Positions 54,551-64,000 of a stretch of DNA of 64,000 nt are shown here, piece after piece (the first letter of the stretch is position 1; the number at the start of each line of letters is the position of its first letter). The notes under the pieces were generated by a model. The model saw nothing but the letters and a program-made list of their open reading frames with translations. It was not told the DNA's origin and ran no database searches. A program made the position numbers and the translations under genes. The stretch lies in assembly GCF_009914755.1 (NCBI RefSeq), contig NC_060925.1, one strand, 5' to 3'. The stretch comes from the human T2T-CHM13v2.0 reference genome, Homo sapiens.

Positions 54551-55088
54551 CGCACAAAACTTACACTCCCCATAATGGAAAAAAAGGATCTCTGCTTTAG
54601 ATCTAGTTGTTAGAGAAAGTCTGTATAAGAATGCTTTAACTTAAAGCTTGATTGGAAGGAAGAAGAAAGCCATGCCAAATCTAGGAAAAATATTAAACAC
54701 TAAACAAGTAGCTGGCACAAAAGCTCTAAGATAGTAACAAAAGTGGCTAGAAAGAAAGCTAATATTTCTTTAGAAGAATGAGCTAATATAATTATGGCAG
54801 GCAGTGAAATTTTCAAGAAATATGGAAGCCATACCAAAGAAAATTCTAAAGCCCAGTTGTAGAATTAAAAATCAACCATCAGTATTTTCCAACAACAGTG
54901 TAACTAAAAATATTATAAGCAACAGACAACAGTATTCTGACTTCACAAATATCCAGATTGTGTGTTTATATTATAATTCCTTCTCTATGTATACCATGTA
55001 AAACCTCCATGTATCTTAAAAGACAGTGATGTTAATATCAATACTGGCAGAAATAACTTGACTGGTATATAATTAATTGTCCAATCTA

Positions 55089-55382
55089 CCTGGGCCTGGT
55101 GGCTCACACCTGTAATCCCAGCACTTTGGGAGGCTGAGGCAGGTAGATTACTTGAGCCCAGGAATTCAAGACCAGTCTGGGCAACATGACTAAACCCCGT
55201 TTCTACAAAAATTACAAAAATTAGCCTAGCTCGGCATGGTGGTGCATGCTTGTAGTTCCAGCTACTCAGGAGATTGAGGTGGAAAAATCAACTGAGCCCA
55301 GGAAGTTGAAGCTATAATGAGTCATGATTGCTCTACTGTACTTCACCTTGAACAACAGAGTGATAACCTGTCTCAAAAAAAA
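55089..55382 (+). mobile_element. AluJ
   Basis: ttgagcccaggaattcaagacc, ctgagcccaggaagttgaagct, aacctgtctc diagnostics; TSD aattg(tc/gt)caatcta at 55075-55088 and 55383-55396. Confidence 0.92.
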
Positions 55383-56599
55383 AATTGGTCAATCTAATGC
55401 CACATTATATTTTGCTTTATATTTGGGGTATATTTTATTTCATAGTTTATTATTTTTCCCTTCATGAGTTCTAATAGTTTTCTCCTCGACCTAAGGTTAA
55501 TCCACTTTTACCATATGCTTATCATCTAGTGCATAGAACCTCCCTGTTTGTCAAAGCACTCTAATTGTTGCTTTTTATTCATTTCAGAATGAATGTTTTC
55601 TATATGCCTGCTGCAATGCATATCTTTTCCTGTTACTTATTTTCCTTGAACTCATGGATTAGAGTTTCTCTTCTATATTTTTTGTTTGCAATTTTCTTCC
55701 TTATTTGTTATAATTCACCTTCAATTAACTTGTTTGGCTAAAGTATATGAAAACAAAACCTTTGGAATTCTTGCACATGCAAAACTGTTACTATGATGCT
55801 CTCACATATGTTTGTATAATGTGTATAATTGCTTACTATACATATTAATTAAAGATTCAAAATTGCTTTCTATAAGAAGCTTGATTCACTGTCCCCTAGC
55901 CTCCTATTTGGCTTATGAAAATTCATGCTGTTGATGCTAATATAGTTTTGGCAGATTACATCACATTTCTAGTTAAATTTAAGTCAAAGACAGTTATTAA
56001 TAAAGAATCTTAAAATGTGAATAATGAAGAAATTTTCTCTGATCAGAAACAACTATCTCTATTATCTCATTCTAAAAGTTATTGGCTGTTATTTAACCTG
56101 ACTCAACTTTTCAAAATAAACCCTAATAGATAAACATTATTGTGTGTTCAAACTAAAGCAATTCATATAGTTTTTCCCTAAAACAATAAAAAGTGAGACA
56201 AAGCCTTCTGTAAAATATACTTCTGAACAAGTCAGTACAAAATAAACATATCCTGAATTTCCATCTTCTTAAAACTGGATACTTCATATTCTCATGTCAT
56301 CATTAACCTTAGTGACAAGGCTAAGGATAGATGTTTGCAATTTCAGTTAGGGGTTGTTACTTCTAAATCTCAAGCAGTCAAGCATAAACACATGTTAACT
56401 TTGGGAAACTTAACCAAATGATTCAAACTCCACTGGTAATGAATGATGTAAAGGCAAAGTGGCTCTTCACAAAAAGGAGGAAAGCATCCAGCTCTCCACA
56501 TACTGACCGTGTATTCTACTCCTAGGCATTCTGCTGCATCTGCTCTGGATGAAGCCTATTCCCCAAATAATAGGAGTAGCCAAATAATAGGAGATGCCT

Positions 56600-56918
56600 T
56601 TCAGATTGGTTAATAGGTAACACATACAGTTAAATAGAAGGAGTAAGTGCTAAGGCTTACCAGCAGAGTAGGACGACTACAGTTAACAGTAATGTACTAA
56701 ATCTTTCAAAATACCCAGAAAAGAGGACTTGCAATGTTCCCACCGTATAGAAATGATACTCTAAATCATTTCTTAGATAGTCTAAATCATTAGAGAAAGG
56801 ATACTCTAAATGTCTTGACTTGATCATTACACAGTCTACGCATGTAACAAAATATCACATGTATCCCATAAATATGTGCAAATATTAGATATCAATAAAA
56901 ATAAATAAAATATAAAAT
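56600..56918 (+). mobile_element. L1MA-type 3' end
   Basis: atacagttaaatagaaggagtaag; tgacttgatcattacaca; atcacatgtatcccataaatatgt; A-rich tail. Confidence 0.8.
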
Positions 56919-57838
56919 AGTAGAATTTTCAAGAATAACTTTTTTAAGAAAATAGGGACAAGATAACATATTGACTTTGAGTTATAATTTTTGTGAAGAG
57001 TTGTTTTTATTAAAAAGTATTTCAGGTTATTTAACTAAATAATTTTTATTCATTTCTGACTGTATTCACAAATGTTACAAGTCTGCATGAAAGTTATTAA
57101 TAATTACATGTCTCTTATTCCAGAATTACAAACAGCTAATGAAATTTTGCTGGGAATCTCACAAGCTCAAATGTAAGAATTTTTTTTTTATTTTTACTTC
57201 CAGAGAACCTACTAAATAGACTAAATAGAAACCTTCAGTTTATAAAATTTTAAAGTGCTCTCTCCAAATCCTGCAGAGGTATATTACAAATGATGGTGGA
57301 AGCTAATATTACAATGAAAAGCAAATTCAGTTGTTATTATTTTTCTCTTTATTGGGAAAGTAAAAACGCATGCATTATACCCCTACACACATATATTTAC
57401 AATTTCAAAAATTAATTTAAGATAATGATAGAAATTACAGAATTCACTTACTAAGGATAATTAAATAAAACCAAAACCAAAAAAAGATAACAAATACAGT
57501 AATATCCGTGATAGGATAAAGTTATGTATGTCTAGCCCATGAGCAACACATTTTGCATTTTAAAAATATGCTACCTTAGAAAAACAAAATATGAACAGAG
57601 CCAGATTTTACTTATATATCTTGATCAAACTAATTGCTTTCATATGGATAAAGCAAGTTTTAAAGTAATAAAAGAGAAAAATAATTTCCTAGCTATAATT
57701 TGTGTAAATACATGTGAACTTCAATTGATCAAACAATATTTCTACTTAAGCCTTTCTATGCTGAGCAAAACTTCATTTATATCTATTGCAACATTATTTT
57801 TTCCAATAAAAATTTTAAGTAAATTTGGTAGTTTTCTT

Positions 57839-58463
57839 TTTTTTAATTAATTAATTAATTTATTTATTTATTATACTTTAAGTTTTAGGGTACATGTGCA
57901 CATTGTGCAGGTTAGTTACATATGTATACATGTGCCATGCTGGTGCGCTGCACCCACCAACTCGTCATCTAGCATTAGGTATATCTCCCAATGCTATCCC
58001 TCCCCCCTCCCCCCACCCCACCACAGTCCCCAGAGTGTGATATTCCCCTTCCTGTGTCCATGTGATCTCATTGTTCAATTCCCACCTATGAGTGAGAATA
58101 TGCGGTGTTTGGTTTTTTGTTCTTGCCATAGTTTACTGAGAATGATGATTTCCAATTTCATCCATGTCCCTACAAAGGACATGAACTCATCATTTTTTAT
58201 GGCTGCATAGTATTCCATGGTGTAAATGTGCCACATTTTCTTAACCTTTGTGGAAGTCAGTGTGGAGATTCCTCAGGGATCTAGAACTAGAAATACCATT
58301 TGACCCAGCCATCCCATTACTGGGTATATACCCAAAGGACTATAAATCATGCTGCTATAAAGACACATGCACACGTATGTTTATTGCTGCATTATTCACA
58401 ATAGCAAAGACTTGGAACCAACCCAAATGTCCAACAATGATAGACTGGATTAAGAAAATGTGG
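57839..58463 (-). mobile_element. Young 5'-truncated, 5'-inverted L1 (L1PA2-like)
   Basis: Minus-strand 3'UTR 57839-58244, then plus-strand ORF2 end 58243-58463 (WKSVWRFLRDLELEIPFDPAIPLLGIYPKDYKSCCYKDTCTRMF); GAG rather than ACA/ACG at the Ta-diagnostic site; 13-bp TSD tggtagttttctt at 57826-57838 and 58461-58473. Confidence 0.95.
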
Positions 58464-58938
58464 TAGTTTTCTTAAAATAACTTTTGTAGGATATTTCCCA
58501 TAGTGTAATGCTTCAAATGGTGATAAAAATCATGATTTTTTATGGAAGGTTGAGATAAAGAAGGAAAATGATGTATTTAGGTGCAAAAGAGGGCAACAAA
58601 TCTAATGGACAAAAAAGCATAAGTGACATCTCAAATCTACAGATGGTGTTCCTCTAGAATCTTCATAAATCACTCATTATTTTGAAGTTTTAATATAGGA
58701 AGGTGGCTATCATACACTCAAATGACTCCATTATAGATTTTCTCTTTCTAGCTGCAATAGCTCATTCAAAAATTACACATGCCAACCAATTTAGAAAACG
58801 TATACATATTATTCCTCTTAAAATTACTATAAATAGATATAGCCTTTACTATAACTATATATCTGTACATTTTATACGGACAACTTAGGGAACTGCTAGG
58901 CTCAGGTAAATTCATCACGTGCATGTTTAGATGTTTAT

Positions 58939-58976
58939 TCGGCCTCTCAAAGTGCTGAGATTACAGGTGTGAGGCC
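58939..58976 (-). mobile_element. Isolated ~38-bp Alu left-arm fragment
   Basis: tcggcctctcaaagtgctgagattacaggtgtgag. Confidence 0.75.
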
Positions 58977-60199
58977 ATTTTCATTTCTAAGAGCAACACT
59001 AAATAGGTTGGATCTCTCTTTTGAGTAGTTCATAAAAAGTAAAATCGTTCTTTATTTTTTATCTTTAATGTAACTGTGATCAATTTTTATGAGACTGTCC
59101 TCAATGACCCTGCCACATTTTGAGCAGCCTATGTTTTTTTTTACTACTTATGATGCAAACCTCATTTTCTTTTTGTGTTTCTATTTTCCCACCAATCCTT
59201 GCCAGTTTGCTGTTTATCTGTTCCTGACAGCATTTTGTTTCTGAGTCCTTTGATCTTTTGACATTAGCAGTATATCAGAAAAGCCAGATTTCATTTGAGT
59301 ATTTTTTAAATTTTATGGAAAACGCTGTATTGCACTGTGATGTATTCATTATTTTTATGTTCTTCTTTTGCCTTTTCTTAGTCTAATTATTTTCCCTTTA
59401 TTTTTATTCTTCATGCATTTTTGGATTTGCCCAGTGTCTGTTGTGATTCTTAACCACATTATAAGTTATTTATGTGCAAGTTATTTGTGAAATATTGTGA
59501 ATTCATTATCTGTTTATATTGGGCATGCATTAGGGTTGAGCTGTAATCCATAGGATACTTTCTCATCAAATGCCATATCTGCAGATATAACTCACAGGCA
59601 ATCTTGCAAGGTATTTTTTAGGCTCAGTAAACTCCATATCGTATAAAATTTGTGTTCTTAATTTAGTCTTTCCTTTTTCTGTTTTCTGGCAGAAAACAAT
59701 TATTGAGTTTTTGTGACATATTTTGCCTGGCACTGTATATTTATCTTTTTTTTATTTTCAAAGATGGTTTTGTCACTACATAATCAAGATTCAAGCACAT
59801 TCTCTCTCCCACTAATGTGTCAAATATTGATCTTCTTCCAAAATAAGGGCTTATTGGTTTTACACCTAAGAGTTAACCATCTGCTTTGATAACTTTTGCC
59901 CTTTCTCTTTCCAAAGTCTGAATGCTTTTGGCTCTTTCCAAAGCCTAATGAACTTGTAAGTATATACCTTATCCCAATCCGATTTTACCCAAACTATAAG
60001 CCAAGCTTTACATGTTGTATTCAAAGAGTATAGATGTTCCTTAATTACATATAAAATATTTTGTCAATCACCTTGTTATTTGGGTTGGCTTCAGAAAGAA
60101 AGACAAAGAGAATGCTCCACATACTGTATTATCTTAATTCAGTGATGTCAAACATTTTTTAAATAAATAATTTGCCATTCATTTAAAGTTAAAAGAAAT

Positions 60200-61545
60200 G
60201 GGGCATGACATAAGCAAGAGGGCAGGATAGGAGTCCCCAGGCTTCACTCCCTCTTAGATCCAATGGCAAGAGAAATGGATTTCTTTGATTGCACAGCCCC
60301 TCTCACAAATTGGCATTGAACCACACACAGAAAATTAGCCTGGATCCATGGTTTGTACAGTGGGAAAAGTATGTTGGAAATGGACATCAGCTTCCCCACC
60401 ATTCTGGGACCCTTCACAGAACACTTCACTCCTGTCTCATCCCACAGGAAACATTGGGATACTGACAGGGTTAGATTAACTGTGGATCGGTTAGAACCAA
60501 AAATGAAGGTGCAGTTCACAGTGACCAGTGTGCAGATCATGGCAATTTCTCTGCACTTGAACCACCAGAGGTTCCACACCAGAGAAACTAGCCAACATCA
60601 TACTACAGGAAGCATAGTCCACAGGTTTTTCAGGCATCAATCTGTAACCATCTTCCAGCTATTCCCCAGGTTGAGCAGCAACTGCAGGTCAGTGATTACC
60701 TGCAGAGTGAGCATTTACCCTGCCCAAACCCAGACAAAAATAAGTAAACCAACTAAGTCTCCCTTTAAATCTTCCCCAGACTGGCTGGCAACTGCAGGTC
60801 AACAATTACCCGTGGAGGGAGAATTTTGTCCCACCCAACCCTAGCTGCTGAGTGGTGACTCTGACAAACTTTGCTGCTCTGCTTAGGTCTACCTCAGGCT
60901 AGGAAGCAAGCCCAACACCATGCATAGCAAGGAGCATAGCCATTGATTTTTACTCACCCCCGTGTGGCTGAGAAGCAACCCCAGAGACTTCACCCACCCT
61001 GATGCCCAGCACATAGCTCTGCTCAAATACAGATTTTAAATAAAAATATTATCTAGCTAGAGGAAATAACTTACAGCTCTGCTGAATTAAAGACAATTAC
61101 AGAGCCTAGCCAGCAGCACCACATGATGGCAGAGTCCAGCTACTGGTCTCACTAGAGTGTGAAGCACAGTCAATAGCACCATTTGACCTCAGAGCGCACA
61201 AGCAACCCAGTCTAACTAGAGGACTCAGTAGTAGGGTCTTCTGTCCGGACTTGCTACCAGCCAGCCCATCCATGATCCCAGGCTAGACTAAATAGTAAAG
61301 GTTTATCGCCTCCAAAAGACACTTGCAAAAAATGGAAGAAGTGGCTACCTCCTCAACATAAATAAACAAGGATTATTTTTCAAAATTAGGGTAATATGAC
61401 AACAACAAAATAAACTAATGAAGCTCCAACAAAGTACCTAGATGAAATGGAGATCTATAAGATTACTGACAAAGGATCCATAATGGTCATCTTAAAGAAT
61501 TTCAGTGAATGCTAAGAAAATACAGATCAAAAGTTAATTCCAATT
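60200..61545 (+). mobile_element. L1M1/L1M2-type 5'UTR plus start of ORF1 only
   Basis: Starts tgac..agcaaga.ggcag.atagga; GC-richer UTR; ORF1 start region gaaatggagatctataa..ctgacaaagga..cttaaagaa.ttcagtgaa..aagaaaatacagat. Confidence 0.7.
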
Positions 61546-63169
61546 TAAAGAAAAGGGAAGAGCAAAAGGTTGGAAGGGCACAGCCAAGTGATAAAAATGA
61601 GTATCAGTAAAACTCCTACAGGTACGGTCAGGGGTTCTGTTCCTCTGCTTTGTTGAGTTGTAACTCTTTTGAGTTCTTTTTAAGAAAAATTGAGATCATA
61701 CATTCTATTGAACATTTGTATCAGAATACTGTGATTAAGAGTAAAGTTTCAGTTATCATGGTATAACTGGATTGGATTTAGAGAAACCAAGAAAATGAAG
61801 TGAGAAATAGCCAAGTAATGTTTCCCACTTGCCAAGAAATTGAATGATAAAGAGAGAGGCACTGGATTTCCTCACATGCTCAGGATGAAGTTTTGAGCCA
61901 ATTTTATGGGACTATTAAATACATGGTAAATGATGGGTTATATTTAGCATTAATAACTAACAACCTCCATCATTACCATATGTTTTCTTCTGTGGTCAAT
62001 TGAGATCGTTGTAAAAAATACAGTACCCATTTCTGGCATTTTTTCCAAATGACCTTAAATATGTACTTACAAATATTTTAGTTTTTGTGTTTAAACATCT
62101 ACTCTTATCTAAATGCTCATTCACATGCTCACACAATTCTGTTAATCTTTGAATACATAGAGCATTCTTCTGTTTCAAATAGAACTCAAGGTTCTCTTAA
62201 TCATAAAGCAGTAATTTCACTAGAAATCTAGCCATTTGGGAGAAATATTTAACTATCTGTTTTGATTTTTAAAGATGACATTATGACCAATGACTTAACA
62301 GTATAGCATGGGTGAGGAAATACTAATTGCTTTTTTTTCTTTCAAATTTTTTTCTCCTGTATTGTGCCAAATATATATCATGATAAGTTTGTTTTTCTGT
62401 AAAATTTTATCTTTCATAATAAGCAGTTGACAGTATTATTGCATCATCCTCTCTTACCCTCCACACAAAATTGAATATTTTTTTATTGGATACACACACA
62501 TCTGCAACTAGAGACATTTCAATCAATCAAATTAAAATCGACTTCTTCTTAGACAAAACGTTATTGTAATATTTTCCAAAATCACGTTCTCCACAACAAA
62601 TTTAATTTGTCCAACCACCCTTATTTTTCTTCAGGGTATCTATAATGTTTCCCCAAATGTGCTACTGATTAGTTTTTTCTTTTCTTTATTTCTAGAGCAT
62701 GGAAATGTGTCTCTTTTCAAGAAGGTATTTACATTTTCAATAATCAGTTAATTTTTTAACACTTTCTTTCCTCTTGGGTATTATTTTACTCACTACTTTT
62801 TAAATCACCAATGTGCCCTTCTGTATAGAATTAGATGCCTTACACTTTCGTTTCCTTGAGTATTACATTTTTTTAAGAAAATTAAATGATAAACATAAGC
62901 CAAAGTCCTATTGCACACTAGTACAAGAGAAGAACCTTCTGAATAAGCTAGTTCAAAAAACCCAATATTCTGAGGTCATTATATGGACAGAGAAAGTATT
63001 TAAATATCTTTATTACATTAGCTATAAGACAAAATATATATGGTTAAAGATCATAAGATTCCTGACAGCTTGGTGGCATATAACTAGGTTTCTTAGAAAA
63101 CAAGAAAATTTGCTTAAAAATTTTAGTAGGAATCGGCAATCCAGGCCCCAGTTGTGCCCAAATCTCACT

Positions 63170-64000
63170 TGCTGGTAAGGGACTGAGATGACTAGGGCAC
63201 TCGTAACACAACTTCAGAAGGATGGTACTGAGGGGAAGACATAGAACCTGGGCTGAAGGAGGAGGAAGCTGGGAACCCTTCATGGGGCTGCCTGGCACCA
63301 GAACTCATTCCTTACTCCTGACTACGGGGGAATAGGTGAGTTGAACTGGCAAGAGCAACCTGCTCTCATCATGGGCTTCTAGAATCGCAGAAGGAGGAAA
63401 CCCCTTGACCACCACAGACACTGAAGTTGACAGGGAGAGCTGCTTAAAGTGGTATGGGCAGTACACTAGCTGATGATGAGCCTACATGATTTGGTGAGAG
63501 AGCTTCTATAGTGGAGCATGGGCAGGGATACTCATACCCCTGGGCTCAATTTGCTCCTGAAGGATATTTTAGCCCTAGGGGAACTGGTGGACCTGAACTC
63601 TGCAAAGTGGTCTTGCCCATCAGACTGGCTGGTCTGACCTGAGAACCCCGTGGGCTGCTGATGTCTCCTGGCCCCACCTACTTGCAGGACAGCCTTGGTT
63701 ACCCTGGGGGCCTGCATCATAGCTACTGCTCTGGAGGACCATGCCTGACCAGCAGAGAGCTCCAGCGGGGTTGCTCCGACCATCCACTAGACCACTGGCT
63801 CCTTGATAACACTGCAGCTTCCTCCAGTCCCACAGCCACCCCCAACATCACTTTTCCAGTACATGTGTGTATGGCAGGTTTTGCCTTTCTTGCCCCATCA
63901 GTGCACATGTGTGCTAGCAACCTGCCCTGCCACTGCTGTGGTGGGAATGCACTCCGCTCCTCTTCCCGCTGCCAGACCACCATTGCAATCAAAGTCTTGA
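63170..64000 (+). mobile_element. Old primate L1 5'UTR (L1P3/L1P4-like), running off the window
   Basis: GC-rich; ggtgagttgaactggcaagagcaacc; cccttgaccaccacagacac; ggagagctgctt. Confidence 0.65.

Noticed and set aside
60353-60844. 163-aa ORF, the longest in the window
   Set aside because: TTG start, inside a GC-richer L1 5'UTR where stops are rarer, and no recognisable domain

Overview
This is AT-rich, gene-poor primate genomic DNA. It is most likely human or great ape, judged from AluY copies and an L1PA2-type insertion. I found no intact protein-coding gene, RNA gene, CRISPR array or operon-like system, and almost every ORF in the track is a chance frame or lies in an Alu, L1 or LTR. The window is mostly interspersed repeats: L1, L2, MIR, Alu, MaLR/ERVL/ERV1 solo LTRs, hAT elements and a Ricksha MuDR element. 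Two host-gene retrocopies are visible. One is a near-complete GCSH processed pseudogene with a 16-bp target-site duplication (TSD) at 51591-52218. The other is an oddly built CORO1C fragment at about 35924-36200, with a 4.8-kb L1 inserted in its apparent A-rich tail. The most unusual non-repeat signals are a perfect 49-bp-arm inverted repeat (6218-6320) and a 92-bp orphan segment bracketed by a perfect 16-bp direct repeat (6887-7010). I do not see convincing evidence for a new biological system; the best leads are retrotransposition and DNA-repair oddities. Repeat subfamily names and parent-gene alignments come from memory of consensus sequences and need RepeatMasker/Dfam and BLAST confirmation. 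Boundaries of old repeats (L2, MIR, L1M) are approximate.
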